A stretch of DNA of 64,000 bases from Opitutales bacterium (GTDB lineage: Bacteria; Verrucomicrobiota; Verrucomicrobiia; Opitutales; JBHJGM01), in contig JBHJGQ010000017.1 of NCBI GenBank assembly GCA_050331595.1, positions 98,415-162,414 of the forward strand, given 5' to 3'. A program made the translations under genes and the position numbers. The stretch's first letter is position 1. The number at the start of each line of letters is the position of its first letter. The notes below the pieces were generated by a model. It was not told the origin of the DNA, searched no databases, and was given only the letters and a program-made list of their open reading frames with translations. Shown piece by piece: positions 36,850 through 47,701 of the stretch.

Positions 36850-37737
36850 ATGCACCGCATGGAGGGGTTGCTGCGGAAAGCGTTGTGCGCGCTGCTGACT
36901 GGGTTTGCCTTGTGGACGATGCCGGTGGAGGCGCAGCGTCCGGGCCAGCCCGACCCGGGTCGCCTGCTGCCGGACCTGACCGAGTCCGAAGCGCGCGCGG
37001 CCTTGACCGAGTTTCGCCAGCAACGCCTGCAGGGCGATTACGCCTTTCGGTTTGAGTTGGACCACCGTCCGCGGCGCGGACAAACGCAGCGCTTTTCCGG
37101 CGGCATGTGGGGCACGTGGGACGATTTCGATCCGCTCATTCGCGTGCACTTGATCGGGGTGGGCGAGGCGCCGCAGCCCGACCGCTTTCTCCTGCGCTCG
37201 GGCGAGCAGGCCAGCTTTTGGACCACGCGGGCGGACTCGACTCACGACGCCGTCGAGGTGACCGGCAGCGCGCTGCACCGGCCGCTGGTGCCGGGCCTTA
37301 CGTACACGCCCTTTGACCTGGTGATGCCGTTCACGCATTGGAGCGAGGCCACTTACCTGGGGCGCGACCGCATCGCCAATCGGCTGGCTTACGTCTTCTA
37401 TCTGCGCCCCGGTCCGGGCCAGGCGGATACGCGCGCTGAGGGCGTGGACGGCGTGCGGCTATCCATCTTTGCCGACCACAACGTGCTGCTACGCGCGGAG
37501 ACCGTCGACGCCAGCGGCAACGCCTTGAAGAGTTTCAAGGTGCGCAGCTTTCAGCAGGTTAACGGGCAATACATTGTCAAGCGCATTGACCTGGTTGACG
37601 AGCGCGCCCGCGACAAGACGCGCTTTGAGGTGTCGGCCGCCGCGCTGGGTATCCGGTTGCCGGATACCGTCTTCGAGCCCGGCTCTCTGAAGCTGCGCCT
37701 AAACGTGCCCGGCCCCGAAGCCTTCGAGCGGTTGTAG
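36850..37737 (+). CDS. LolA-like outer-membrane lipoprotein-sorting family protein
   Basis: 295 aa with a signal peptide. The C-terminal pattern KSFKVRSFQQVNGQYIVKRIDLVDERARDKTRFEV resembles the LolA_like family. Confidence 0.6.
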   Translation: MHRMEGLLRKALCALLTGFALWTMPVEAQRPGQPDPGRLLPDLTESEARAALTEFRQQRLQGDYAFRFELDHRPRRGQTQRFSGGMWGTWDDFDPLIRVHLIGVGEAPQPDRFLLRSGEQASFWTTRADSTHDAVEVTGSALHRPLVPGLTYTPFDLVMPFTHWSEATYLGRDRIANRLAYVFYLRPGPGQADTRAEGVDGVRLSIFADHNVLLRAETVDASGNALKSFKVRSFQQVNGQYIVKRIDLVDERARDKTRFEVSAAALGIRLPDTVFEPGSLKLRLNVPGPEAFERL

Positions 37738-37823
37738 CGCCGCCAAAGGCCGTCAAAATTGCGCGCCTCGGCGCGTGTGTGCGTGTCGAGGCCACCTACT
37801 TTCTGGGTGGCACTGTAAAAAAG

Positions 37824-37849
37824 CGCTTAAGCGTGTTTGGCCAAACACG
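37824..37849. repeat. adjacent perfect palindromes upstream of the RHH/H1-like gene
   Basis: CGCTTAAGCG (37824..37833) and CGTGTTTGGCCAAACACG (37832..37849). Both are exact palindromes, preceded by a run of six A. Confidence 0.9.
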
Positions 37850-38034
37850 AAATAGCTCAGTGGGCGTAGTTGCGGGCTCAATACGCGCGAAACGTCCCGG
37901 GAGTATTCAAAAAACGGCTACAAACAGCATTTTGAGGGTTGCCAGTCACCGCACGGTTGTATCTAAAAATCCATGACGAACGAGGGCCCGGGCCGGCCAG
38001 TCCGCCTGCCCAAGGCAAAATAGGAGACGGTTTT

Positions 38035-38685
38035 ATGGCAGCAAACGATGATTCGGCGACCTCGCCGCTCACCTTTGATTTGCGTGAGGAACTCCTGGAC
38101 AAGCTGCGCCGCGTGCAGACCGCCGCCGGTGCCCCTTCCCTGAGCCTGGTGGTGCGCTACGCCATCTCCCGCTACAACTTTTCGCGCTTTGCCAACAGCC
38201 CGCGCAACCATCGACAAATTTCCGTCCGGCTTCCGTCGGACTTGAAGACCGAGCTGCTGCGGCAGGCCAAGAGCAAAGGAGCCAGCGTTGGGGAATTGCT
38301 GCGCGCCGCGCTTGAGGACCTGCCGGAGGAGCCCTCGAATGCACTAACCAAAAGCATACAAAGCAGTCCTATGGCCACAAAAACAGCCAAGAAGAAGACC
38401 GCGCGCAAGAGCGCGAAGAAGAAGGTCGCCAAGAAGACCGTCGCGAGAAAGGCCCCGGCGAAAAAGAAGACTGCCAAGAAGGCAGCTCGCAAGACCGTGG
38501 CCCGCCCTGCGACGAAGAAGAAGGCGGTCAAAAAAGCGGTGAAGAAGAAAGTTGCGAAAAAGAAGGTCGCCACAAAGAAAGTCGCCAAGAAAAAGGTGGC
38601 GAAGAAGAAGGTGGCCCGCAAGACGGCCAAGAAAAAGACCGTTGCGCGCACGTCCGCTCGCCGCACCACTTCCAGGAAAAAGTAA
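38035..38685 (+). CDS. tandem ribbon-helix-helix protein with histone-H1-like Lys/Ala-rich tail
   Basis: 216 aa from ATG 38035, with AGGAGA 8 nt upstream. Two RHH-like units ([29 protein letters not shown] and [32 protein letters not shown]). From residue 113 there is a 104-aa tail of [13 protein letters not shown]-type repeats. Confidence 0.75.
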   Translation: MAANDDSATSPLTFDLREELLDKLRRVQTAAGAPSLSLVVRYAISRYNFSRFANSPRNHRQISVRLPSDLKTELLRQAKSKGASVGELLRAALEDLPEEPSNALTKSIQSSPMATKTAKKKTARKSAKKKVAKKTVARKAPAKKKTAKKAARKTVARPATKKKAVKKAVKKKVAKKKVATKKVAKKKVAKKKVARKTAKKKTVARTSARRTTSRKK

Positions 38686-38759
38686 CGCGTTTCGCCCCCG
38701 GGCGAGCCGTGCTTTTCCCTGAGTTCTTGCTGCCTGCCTCGCGCGGGCAGTCAGCGAAA

Positions 38760-38800
38760 AATAGTTGCCAATTCTTACGATTGGCAGCTATTTCGTTTTA
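38760..38800 (+). terminator. candidate intrinsic terminator / inverted repeat
   Basis: 13-nt arms AATAGTTGCCAAT / ATTGGCAGCTATT (one G-U position) and a 7-nt loop, followed by TCGTTTTATT. Preceded by an A-run. Lies 75 nt after the H1-like gene stop. Confidence 0.5.
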
Positions 38801-38858
38801 TTGGCCCTGCGTTGGACTGGCGCGGGGTTTTTGTTGAATCCCCTGCGCGCTCCTGAAC

Positions 38859-40055
38859 ATGTCCACCCTGGCCGATTCGCCCCTCTCGCCCTGGGCTCAG
38901 AATGTATCCCCTTCGCCGACGCTGGCCGTCGACGCGCGGGCCAAAGCCCTCAAGGCCGAAGGCAAGGACGTCTGCGGATTCGGCGCGGGCGAGCCCGACT
39001 TCGACACGCCCGACTTCATCAAGGAAGCCTGCGCGAAGGCTCTGGCCGACGGTCAAACCAAGTACGCGCCGGCGGCAGGCATCTCCGCGTTGCGGGCGGC
39101 ACTGGCCCAAAAGTACCAAGCGGAAAATGGCCTGGCATCGGTGGAGCCGGCGCAGGTGGTGGTCAGCCCTGGGGGCAAGTTTTCCTGCTACCTGGCGATC
39201 CTCGCCACGTGTGGTCCGGGCGACGAGGTGATCGTGCCTGCGCCCTACTGGGTGAGTTATCCGGAGATGGTGAAACTGGCCGGAGCAACGCCGACCACGA
39301 TTTTTGCCGGCGCCGAAAGCGGCTTCAAAATCGCGCCCGAACAACTGCGTGCGGCCCTCAGGCCCAAGACGCGGATGGTCATCCTCAACAGTCCGTCCAA
39401 CCCGACCGGCGCGGTCTACACGCCCGAGGAGCTCAAGGCGCTGACCGAAGTCGCGCTGGAGGCGGGCGTCTACGTGCTCTCCGACGAGATTTACGAGTAC
39501 CTGCTCTACGATGGCGTGACGCACGTCAGCCCGGCTTCTTTCAGCGAGGCAGCGGCGGCCAACGTCATCACCGTGTCGGGCTTTTCCAAAACGTTTTCGA
39601 TGACCGGCTGGCGGCTCGGCACGCTGGTCGCCGCGCCGAAAGTCGCGAAAGCCATCGCCTCGCTGCAAAGCCAGACCAGTTCGAACGCCACGACATTCGC
39701 GCAGTACGGCGCGCTGGCCGCGCTGGAAAAACCACAAGCCGCGCGGGCTGCCGTGGCTGAGATGCTCAAAGTTTTCGACCGGCGTCGCCTCCGTCTGCTT
39801 GAGGGCCTGAACGCGATCGACGGCATCGAATGTCCGCGGGCGCAGGGCGCGTTTTACCTTTTCCCGAAGATCAGCGCGCTGGGCCTGTGCGCCAAGGATT
39901 TTTCGGCCAGGCTGCTGGACGACGAACTGGTGGCGGTGGTCGCGGGCGAGGGCTTTGGCGCCGGTGACTATATGCGCCTGAGCTACGCTGTCAGCGACAG
40001 CGTGATCGAGAAGGGCCTCGAGCGCCTTTCGCGCTTTTGCGCCAAGTTGTCCTGA
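38859..40055 (+). CDS. aspartate/aromatic-type class I aminotransferase
   Basis: 398 aa. [21 protein letters not shown] and PLP-lysine context [15 protein letters not shown]. Confidence 0.9.
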   Translation: MSTLADSPLSPWAQNVSPSPTLAVDARAKALKAEGKDVCGFGAGEPDFDTPDFIKEACAKALADGQTKYAPAAGISALRAALAQKYQAENGLASVEPAQVVVSPGGKFSCYLAILATCGPGDEVIVPAPYWVSYPEMVKLAGATPTTIFAGAESGFKIAPEQLRAALRPKTRMVILNSPSNPTGAVYTPEELKALTEVALEAGVYVLSDEIYEYLLYDGVTHVSPASFSEAAAANVITVSGFSKTFSMTGWRLGTLVAAPKVAKAIASLQSQTSSNATTFAQYGALAALEKPQAARAAVAEMLKVFDRRRLRLLEGLNAIDGIECPRAQGAFYLFPKISALGLCAKDFSARLLDDELVAVVAGEGFGAGDYMRLSYAVSDSVIEKGLERLSRFCAKLS

Positions 40056-40109
40056 TCCGCCCCTTCGGCGCTTGCGGCCAAACGCATCCTCCCTTTCATC
40101 ACCCAGACC

Positions 40110-41360
40110 ATGACTCAAACACTGACCCCGCCCGCCGGAGAAAAAATCACTGCCGAGGCCAGCGCGTTGGCCCAGCCTATCGTCCCCGACAATCCCATCC
40201 TACCCTACATCGAGGGTGACGGCATTGGGCCGGACATTTGGGCGGCGTCGGTGCGCGTCTTCGATGCGGCGGTCGAAAAGGCCTATGGCGGTCAGAAGAA
40301 AATTTCGTGGTTCGAAGTCTACGCCGGCGAGAAGGCCTTCAACAAATACGACAGCTGGTTGCCGGAGGAAACGCTGGAAGCCTTCCGCGAGTACCGCGTC
40401 GGTATCAAGGGTCCGCTGACCACGCCGGTGGGCGGTGGCATCCGCTCGCTCAACGTGGCGCTGCGCCAGGAACTGGACCTGTACGTCTGCCAGCGTCCGG
40501 TGCGCTACTTCCAGGGGGTTTCCAGCCCGCTCAAGCGCCCGGAACTGACCGATATGGTCATCTTCCGCGAAAACACCGAAGACATTTACGCCGGCATCGA
40601 ATTCCAGGAGGGCACCGACGAGGTCGCCAAGCTCAAGGCCTTCCTCCAGGAAACCTTTCCCGCGCTCTACAAAAAGGTGCGCTTCCCCAACACCTGTGGC
40701 ATCGGCCTCAAGCCGGTCTCGATTGAAGGTACGGGGCGCCTCGTGCGCTCGGCCATCCAGTACGCGCTCGATCAGGGACGCCAGAGCGTCACGCTGGTGC
40801 ACAAGGGCAACATCATGAAGTTCACCGAGGGTGCCTTCCGCGATTGGGGGTACGAGGTTGCGATGAAGGAGTTTGGCGGCGAACTGCTCGACGGTGGACC
40901 CTGGGTCAAGCTCCCCAACGGGCTCATCGTAAAGGACGTCATTGCCGACGCCATGCTCCAGCAGATCCTCACGCGCCCGGCCGAGTACGACGTCATCGCT
41001 ACGCTGAACTTGAACGGCGACTACCTATCCGATGCGCTGGCGGCGCAGGTGGGCGGCATCGGCATCGCACCCGGCGGCAACCTCAACTACGAGACCGGGC
41101 ACGCCATCTTTGAAGCCACTCACGGCACCGCGCCGAAGTACACCGGCCAGGACAAGGTCAACCCGGGCTCGGTCATCCTTTCGGGCGAGATGATGTTCCG
41201 CTACCTGGGCTGGAACGAAGCCGCCGATTTGATCGTGAAGGGTATCGAAGGGGCCATTTCCAAGAAGATCGTCACCTACGACCTGGCCCGCCAAATCGAC
41301 GGCGCCAACGAGGTGAAGTGCTCGGCCTTTGGCGAGGCCATCATCGAGAACATGGCGTAG
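40110..41360 (+). CDS. icd: NADP-dependent isocitrate dehydrogenase
   Basis: 416 aa. [50 protein letters not shown]. Confidence 0.95.
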   Translation: MTQTLTPPAGEKITAEASALAQPIVPDNPILPYIEGDGIGPDIWAASVRVFDAAVEKAYGGQKKISWFEVYAGEKAFNKYDSWLPEETLEAFREYRVGIKGPLTTPVGGGIRSLNVALRQELDLYVCQRPVRYFQGVSSPLKRPELTDMVIFRENTEDIYAGIEFQEGTDEVAKLKAFLQETFPALYKKVRFPNTCGIGLKPVSIEGTGRLVRSAIQYALDQGRQSVTLVHKGNIMKFTEGAFRDWGYEVAMKEFGGELLDGGPWVKLPNGLIVKDVIADAMLQQILTRPAEYDVIATLNLNGDYLSDALAAQVGGIGIAPGGNLNYETGHAIFEATHGTAPKYTGQDKVNPGSVILSGEMMFRYLGWNEAADLIVKGIEGAISKKIVTYDLARQIDGANEVKCSAFGEAIIENMA

Positions 41361-41438
41361 GCCAATCGGGGTTCGTCCTTCCTGGTTGCGCCATGGTCGT
41401 GGGCTAGAACCCGCAGCGAACTTGGGGTCCACCCAGCG

Positions 41439-42707
41439 CTAGCCAGTGTCGCCGCCGTTGGTGGCGGTCGCTTCGGACGCAGCCTCGGGCGGCGGGTGCT
41501 TGGCGTTGCCATTGCCGTTGCTGGACTTGAACTGCGCCAGGTAGTTGCGCCGCAACAAGCGCCAGAACACGACAAAGAAGGCCGTCAGCGGAATGGCCAG
41601 GATCATCCCCAGGATGCCGCCCAGCGCCTTTCCCCAAAAGAAGATCGCCACGATGATCATCACCGGGTGCAGCCCCGTGCGGTCGCCCATGATCTTGGGC
41701 GTGAGCACGTAGCCTTCGAGCACCTGCACAATCGCAAAGACGATCACCACCGCCACGACCAGTTCCCAGCCGCCGCCCTCCTGCAGGTAGGCCAGCGGCA
41801 CGGCTGTACTCAGCCCGATGATCGAGCCCAGGTACGGCACGATGTTCAGAAACCCGGTGGCCAGCCCGATGAAAAACCCAAACTTCAGCCCCGCGATCTG
41901 GTAGCCGATGCCGAAGAGAAATCCCATGATCAGCGCGATGATGATCTGCCCGCGAAAGAACGTGACCATGATGCTCACGAACTCCTGCATCAAAAAGACA
42001 AGGTCTTCGCGCGGGCCATCGTCGATGAAGTCCAGCTGCTCCTCGACGTCTTCAAAAGCGTTGTGTCGGGTTTCCAGGAAAAAGTAGAGGTAGACCGGAA
42101 CGACCGCCGCCGCCGTCAGCGTCCCGAACATCGTGGCCAGGCCTGCGCCCGAGGCCGTCACCGCCTCGCCTACGCTGCCCGCCTGATTCTTCAGAAACGA
42201 GATGGCGTCGTTGCGCAGCTCTTTGACCGAGTCTGCCCCCAGCCAGCCTTCCAGCAGCTCGACGATCTGCGGGAAGCGCGTCTCGAGTTCCTCGAAGGCG
42301 GCCTTGGCGATTTCGGGCAAACGCTGCACGAAGCCGACGACCTGCTCGAGCAGGAAACTCAGCGCGAAGTACGTCATCAACCCGGCCACGATCACCACCA
42401 GCAGGTACAACAGCAGGATGGCAATGGCCCGAGGCAGCCGCAGCTTCGCCGTCGCCCAGTCCACCAGCGGGCGCAGTAAAAACGCCAGGATCCCAGCCGT
42501 CGCCAGTGGCCAGATCACTGAGCTGAAAAAGACCACGAAGTTGCGCAGGACGATGAAGGCCAGCAAGACGACCGCCGCGATGATGACCACGCCCACGCCG
42601 GTGATGGCGTAGCGCAGCAAGCGTGCCTGCACCGGGCTCAGCGCCAGACCCAGCACGGAGTCGCCCCCGTTGCCTTCCGTGCTGCCTCCGTTGGTCTGCT
42701 CGGACAT
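41439..42707 (-). CDS. AI-2E family (PerM/YhhT-like) transporter
   Basis: 422 aa with multiple TM spans. Family pattern LPRAIAILLLYLLVV ... NIVPYLGSIIG ... LHPVMIIVAIFFWGKALGGILGMILAIP. Confidence 0.8.
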   Translation of the reverse strand: MSEQTNGGSTEGNGGDSVLGLALSPVQARLLRYAITGVGVVIIAAVVLLAFIVLRNFVVFFSSVIWPLATAGILAFLLRPLVDWATAKLRLPRAIAILLLYLLVVIVAGLMTYFALSFLLEQVVGFVQRLPEIAKAAFEELETRFPQIVELLEGWLGADSVKELRNDAISFLKNQAGSVGEAVTASGAGLATMFGTLTAAAVVPVYLYFFLETRHNAFEDVEEQLDFIDDGPREDLVFLMQEFVSIMVTFFRGQIIIALIMGFLFGIGYQIAGLKFGFFIGLATGFLNIVPYLGSIIGLSTAVPLAYLQEGGGWELVVAVVIVFAIVQVLEGYVLTPKIMGDRTGLHPVMIIVAIFFWGKALGGILGMILAIPLTAFFVVFWRLLRRNYLAQFKSSNGNGNAKHPPPEAASEATATNGGDTG

Positions 42708-42720
42708 GAACGAAACGCGG

Positions 42721-42993
42721 CTACTTCAGGCCGAGCTCGGCTTTGACCGCCGGCGCCGCGTCGATGGCCGCCTTGAATTCGTCGACCGAAAAATCCTTCA
42801 CCACAAAGTCGCCGTACTTGAGGGTGGGGGTCTTGTCCTGACCGCTGACCGCGCGCAGCTCCTGTATGAACTGGGGATTGCCCCGCACTTCGCGTTCCTC
42901 GGTGGCCAGGCCCTGCGCGGCAAAGTACGCGCTCGCTTCGGCGCACCAGGGGCAGCCGGCCTTGACGTAAAGAATCGGTTTGGTCTGAGCCAT
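42721..42993 (-). CDS. glutaredoxin-family small thiol-disulfide protein
   Basis: 90 aa from ATG 42993. ILYVKAGCPWCAEA CxxC motif and TPTL cis-Pro region. Confidence 0.75.
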   Translation of the reverse strand: MAQTKPILYVKAGCPWCAEASAYFAAQGLATEEREVRGNPQFIQELRAVSGQDKTPTLKYGDFVVKDFSVDEFKAAIDAAPAVKAELGLK

Positions 42994-43105
42994 CACGACG
43001 GGATAGGCCGCTGTCCCCCGCAAGGCAAGTGCCCTTTGCAACGGTGCCTTTGCTTGTGTGGCGAAAGGCGTTGCCCGTCCCTGGTGACGGGCCTACGGTC
43101 ATCTG

Positions 43106-46000
43106 ATGGAGGTTGCAGGCCAGCAGGCGCACATCCACATCAAGGGTGCGCGCGAGCACAATTTGAAAGATCTGGAAGTGCACCTGCCTCGCGGACAGCT
43201 CGTTGTGGTGACGGGCGTGAGCGGTTCGGGCAAGTCCTCGCTGGCCTTCGACACGCTCTACGCGGAGGGCTACCGCATCTACATGGACAGCCTGTCCACG
43301 CGCGCGCGTCAGGTGCTCGACCAAATCAAGCGGCCCGACGTGGACTTCATTCACGGCCTCTCGCCGGTCATTGCCATCGAGCAACGTACCGGCGGCGGCA
43401 ATCCTCGCAGCACGGTAGGCACGGTCACCGAAATTGCCGACTACGCGCGCCTGGTCTGGTGCCTGGGTGGCGAGCAGTTTTGCCCGCTCGATGGCGGGCG
43501 CATTGAACGACGCTCGCTGGACGATTGCATCGAGCGCGTGTTTGCCGAACCCGAGGGCACCCGCGTGATGCTCCTGGCGCCCTACCTGGAAAGTAAACCG
43601 GCGCTGGCCCGCGAGGAGTTGCCCCGCCTGCGTCAGCGCGGCTTCACCCGCCTGCGCGTCAACGGCGAGATCCGCCTGATCGACGACGAAGGGCTGATCC
43701 CCTCCGGCGCTTCGCGGGTCACACTCGACATCGTGGTCGACCGCCTGGTGGTGCAGCCCGACCAGCGCAGCCGCCTGGCCGATTCACTCGAATTGGCCCT
43801 GCGCGAAGGTGGCGATCAGGCCCTCGCCCTGTTCGAGCAGAAGGACGGCTCCTGGAAAGAAGTCGTGCTGAGTCAGAGCCTGTCGTGCGGCATTTGTGGC
43901 ACCGTGTACGAAGTCCTCACTCCGCGCCACTTTTCCTACAACCACCCCGAGGGGGCGTGCCCCGAGTGCGGCGGACTCGGCAAGACCCTGCAGTTCAACG
44001 AGGACTTGATCGTCCCCGACGGTTCCAAGAGTGTGCGCGGCGGCGCGATCAAACCCTGGCGGCTGGGCTCCAAGGCGATGATCATCAAGCGCAACGCCAT
44101 CCTCAAGCAACTGGCCGAGCAGCTCCCCTTCGATCCGAACCTACCCTGGCAGGAACTCCCGCCCGATACGCGCCGGCAGATTCTCCATGGCGCGGGCGAT
44201 CGCCAGTTCTCGTTCAAGCTGCGCCCGGGTAACACCAAGCCCGAAACCCTTCCCTTCGGCGGAGTCATCGCTGACTTGGAGCAAACCCGTCAGGAAACCA
44301 GCAGCGAGGGCCTCAAGGCGCGTTTGACCCAATACCAGATCAGCTCAACCTGCGCGGCGTGCGGCGGGCAGCGCTTCAATCCGCGGGCGCTCAACGTGCG
44401 CGTGGGCGGGCGCTCCATCGCGGATTTCCTGGCGCAACCCGTGGATCGCGGCCTGGATTTCATCGCCGAGCTGATGCATGCGCCCGAGCGCTACGCTCCC
44501 GTCATGGACGCCCTGCGCGGCTTGCAGCAGCGCCTGCATTTCCTCAACGAGGTGGGCATCGGCTACCTGTCCTTGGATCGTCAATACAGCTCATTGAGCG
44601 GCGGCGAGGCTCAGCGCGTACGCCTGGCCTCGCAGCTGGGCCTGGGCCTGACCGGGGTGCTCTATGTGCTCGACGAGCCCAGCATCGGCCTGCATCCGGT
44701 GGATACGCGCCGATTGATCCACACCTTGCGCGATCTGCGCGACCGCGGCAATTCGGTCGTCGTGGTCGAACATGACGAAGAGACCATGCGCGCGGCCGAC
44801 CACCTGCTTGAGCTGGGACCCGGCGCGGGCGTGCAGGGCGGCAACCTCGTTTTTGAAGGCACGCCGGACGAATGCGCGGCCAGCCCGCGTTCACGCACCG
44901 GACCCTACCTGGCTGGCACCCGCCGCATCGAACGCGACTTTGTGGAACGCTCGCCCGACCGCGGCTGGATGACGGTGCTGGGCGCGCGCGAGCATAACCT
45001 GCGCGAGGTCGATGTGTCCTTCCCGCTGGGCTGCTTGACAGTGGTCTGCGGCGTGTCCGGATCGGGCAAGAGCACGCTCGTCAACGACATCCTGGCCGAC
45101 GCCGCCGCGCTCAAGCTCAACAAGGCCAAGCGCGTTCCCGGCGCGCACGAGGGCATCCAGGGTCTGGACGCCTTCAAGGTCTGCGTCATCGTCGACCAGG
45201 AGCCGATCGGCCGCAGCCCGCGCTCCAATCCGGCCACCTACGTCAAACTCTTCGATTTGCTGCGTGCGCTCTACGCGCAGTGTCCGCTGTCCAAGGTTCG
45301 TGGATACAAGCCCAATCGTTTCTCCTTCAACGTGCGCGGGGGCCGCTGCGAGCGCTGCCAGGGTGACGGCGCGGTGAAGCTCGACATGCAATTCCTCGGC
45401 GATGTCTACGTGGAGTGCCCCAGCTGCCACGGCCAGCGCTACAACCGCGAGACGCTTGAGGTGCGCTTCAAGGGCCTCAACATCGCCGAAGTGCTCGATC
45501 TCACGGTTGAGGAGGCCGTCACCTTCTTCCGCAATCAGCCCAAAATCGTCGACAAGCTGCGCACCCTCGAAGCGGTCGGTCTGGGCTACTTGAAGCTCGG
45601 CCAGGCGGCCAACACCCTCTCCGGTGGGGAGGCACAGCGCATCAAACTGTCGCTTGAACTCTCACGGCGCCAACAAGGGCAGACGCTCTACATCCTGGAT
45701 GAGCCGACCACCGGCCTTCACTTCGACGATGTGCAAAAGCTGTTGAACCTGCTCTTTCAGCTGCGCGACGCGGGCAACACGGTCATCATCATCGAACACG
45801 ATTTGGACGTCATCCGCACCGCCGACTGGATCGTCGAACTGGGCCCCGGTGGCGGCAGTGCGGGGGGCGAAGTGATTTACACCGGCGACGTGGCCGGGCT
45901 CCTGCGCTGCGACCCATCCATCACTGCCCAATGCCTGCGCGAACAAAATCAGCAGCGCCAGGGGGCCCAACGCCTCGAAAGCGCCGGCATCTGCGGCTGA
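43106..46000 (+). CDS. uvrA: excinuclease ABC subunit A
   Basis: 964 aa. [19 protein letters not shown], zinc modules (CGICG..CPECGG; [14 protein letters not shown]), a second ABC module [10 protein letters not shown], and LSGGEAQR signatures. Confidence 0.93.
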   Translation: MEVAGQQAHIHIKGAREHNLKDLEVHLPRGQLVVVTGVSGSGKSSLAFDTLYAEGYRIYMDSLSTRARQVLDQIKRPDVDFIHGLSPVIAIEQRTGGGNPRSTVGTVTEIADYARLVWCLGGEQFCPLDGGRIERRSLDDCIERVFAEPEGTRVMLLAPYLESKPALAREELPRLRQRGFTRLRVNGEIRLIDDEGLIPSGASRVTLDIVVDRLVVQPDQRSRLADSLELALREGGDQALALFEQKDGSWKEVVLSQSLSCGICGTVYEVLTPRHFSYNHPEGACPECGGLGKTLQFNEDLIVPDGSKSVRGGAIKPWRLGSKAMIIKRNAILKQLAEQLPFDPNLPWQELPPDTRRQILHGAGDRQFSFKLRPGNTKPETLPFGGVIADLEQTRQETSSEGLKARLTQYQISSTCAACGGQRFNPRALNVRVGGRSIADFLAQPVDRGLDFIAELMHAPERYAPVMDALRGLQQRLHFLNEVGIGYLSLDRQYSSLSGGEAQRVRLASQLGLGLTGVLYVLDEPSIGLHPVDTRRLIHTLRDLRDRGNSVVVVEHDEETMRAADHLLELGPGAGVQGGNLVFEGTPDECAASPRSRTGPYLAGTRRIERDFVERSPDRGWMTVLGAREHNLREVDVSFPLGCLTVVCGVSGSGKSTLVNDILADAAALKLNKAKRVPGAHEGIQGLDAFKVCVIVDQEPIGRSPRSNPATYVKLFDLLRALYAQCPLSKVRGYKPNRFSFNVRGGRCERCQGDGAVKLDMQFLGDVYVECPSCHGQRYNRETLEVRFKGLNIAEVLDLTVEEAVTFFRNQPKIVDKLRTLEAVGLGYLKLGQAANTLSGGEAQRIKLSLELSRRQQGQTLYILDEPTTGLHFDDVQKLLNLLFQLRDAGNTVIIIEHDLDVIRTADWIVELGPGGGSAGGEVIYTGDVAGLLRCDPSITAQCLREQNQQRQGAQRLESAGICG

Positions 46001-46102
46001 CCCCTGATCTCCCGAAAGCCCTCCAGAAACCAAAATCTAGCAAACGCAAAATTTATGCATTAAAGATTGACTCCAAATTCGCAGGTTTCGAAAGATCGTA
46101 GG

Positions 46103-46957
46103 ATGGTTTCCCAAAATCATCCCAAACTAACCACTCTTGCCCTTGCGGCATGCACGCTGGTCCCCACCGGCCTTTTCGCGTCTCTCGGCAGCTACACCAG
46201 CGGCCATGGAGACATCTTCGTGGAATACGAGGAAGGCACAAACGAGTTCGAGATTGTCTTCTTCTTTGGCGAAGAGGAGCAGGCTTACACGATCGACGGC
46301 ATTACCTCGACCATCGAGCAGGAAATGGACCTGGACGCTGTCGCCATTGTGGTTCCGGCCAGCTCAACGAGCACGATCGAGGACACCCTTCTCGCGGACA
46401 CCACGCCCACGGGCGCGGCTGTGGGCGAAGATGTTTTCATCATCCCTGCGGCCTTTACTCCGGGTGTGCCGTTCCTGGGCTTCAGCATCGAAGCCCTCGT
46501 GGGTGGACACCACCACGAAGAGGAGGGCGTCGGTGCCGATTCCGCGCTCGAGGAAGAAACGCACGAATGGACGGGCCCGATTACGTTCTCGCTGACCGAC
46601 ATCAACGGACCGGGCGAGTTTGCCGTGTTCAACTCGCGCGAGTTTGGCCCGGACTTCTTCATCGCCACCGCCGATGGCATCGACGGTAGTGATCAGTTCA
46701 CCTCCGATCCTGACATCGAGCAAGAGCACCACCAGCACCTCAACGTCACCTTCACCGAGCAGGGCACCTACGAGGTCGAAATCACGGTGACGGGCGAGCA
46801 CGAGGAAGATGGCCTGGTCACCGGTAGCGGCCGGATTGTTTTCCAGGTTGTGCCCGAGCCCTCGACCTTCGGTTTGCTGGCGGGGCTGACCGCGCTGGTT
46901 CCGGCGGTGTGGTTGCGTCGTCGTCGCCTCCGGGCACGCTCGACCGCGGCACGCTGA
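46103..46957 (+). CDS. PEP-CTERM-anchored His/acid-rich surface protein (choice-of-anchor / TIGR03769-like domain suspected)
   Basis: 284 aa from ATG 46103 with a signal peptide. His-rich runs GGHHHEEEG, EQEHHQH, TGEHEEDG. C-terminal VPEPSTFGLLAGLTALVPAVWLRRRR is a textbook PEP-CTERM signal. Confidence 0.8.
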   Translation: MVSQNHPKLTTLALAACTLVPTGLFASLGSYTSGHGDIFVEYEEGTNEFEIVFFFGEEEQAYTIDGITSTIEQEMDLDAVAIVVPASSTSTIEDTLLADTTPTGAAVGEDVFIIPAAFTPGVPFLGFSIEALVGGHHHEEEGVGADSALEEETHEWTGPITFSLTDINGPGEFAVFNSREFGPDFFIATADGIDGSDQFTSDPDIEQEHHQHLNVTFTEQGTYEVEITVTGEHEEDGLVTGSGRIVFQVVPEPSTFGLLAGLTALVPAVWLRRRRLRARSTAAR

Positions 46958-46980
46958 GTACCTAGCGTTTCGTCTGTACT

Positions 46981-47682
46981 GTGCGTCGACAAGGTTTCAC
47001 GCTGATCGAACTGCTGACCGTCATCGGGGTTTTGGCCCTGCTTGGCGGTTTGGCGTTCGTCGGCGCGCAGGCGGTTCAGGCCTACGTGCATCAGGCACAG
47101 TGTGCCTCCAATCTGCGGCAGATCGGCCACGCCGTACAACTGTTCGCACATGAGAACGGTGGACGCTTGCCGCGTTCGACCCATGGCGGGCCCATCAGCC
47201 AATCCTGGATTTTCACGCTCGCTCCGTATCTGGAAGATGTCGACGAAGTGCGCGTCTGTCCGGCCGACCCACGCGCGGATGACATCGTGGAGAACGACGG
47301 TACCAGCTACGTGCTCAACGAGTACCTGGTCGTGCCGCGAACCGACTACAGCGTCGACCCGGTAACGGGTGTGCCCACCTTCACGGTGGAGGACTTCTCC
47401 CTGCTGGCGAACCTGCCCTCGCCGGCGTCCACCTTCCTGGCCTTTCCGCGCGCGGACAGTTTCGGCGGCGGCACCGGCAACACCGTCAGCACCACTCAGG
47501 ATCACACCCATTCGCGTTCCTGGTTCAACTGGGGGGCGGTCCTGCGCGACATCCAGCCCGACCGTCACGGGGATGACGCCAACTACCTCTTCGCCGATGG
47601 CCATGTGGACAGCATCCCGGCGGCCGACCTGCGCGCGCGCATCGATCGCGGCGAAAACTTCGCTCAACCCGGCGGAGGCTGA
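46981..47682 (+). CDS. prepilin-type N-terminal cleavage/methylation protein with H-X9-DG motif
   Basis: 233 aa with GTG start. RRQGFTLIELLTVIGVLALL pilin-like leader. C-terminal RHGDDANYLFADGHV gives exactly H-X9-DG. Confidence 0.85.
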   Translation: MRRQGFTLIELLTVIGVLALLGGLAFVGAQAVQAYVHQAQCASNLRQIGHAVQLFAHENGGRLPRSTHGGPISQSWIFTLAPYLEDVDEVRVCPADPRADDIVENDGTSYVLNEYLVVPRTDYSVDPVTGVPTFTVEDFSLLANLPSPASTFLAFPRADSFGGGTGNTVSTTQDHTHSRSWFNWGAVLRDIQPDRHGDDANYLFADGHVDSIPAADLRARIDRGENFAQPGGG

Positions 47683-47701
47683 GCCCGCCGCTCTCAGAAT
47701 C

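Noticed and set aside
37845-37915. TAGCTCAGTGGG, a D-loop-like string suggesting a tRNA
   Set aside because: No complementary D-stem closing sequence, no GTTCGAATC-type T-loop and no acceptor-stem pairing.
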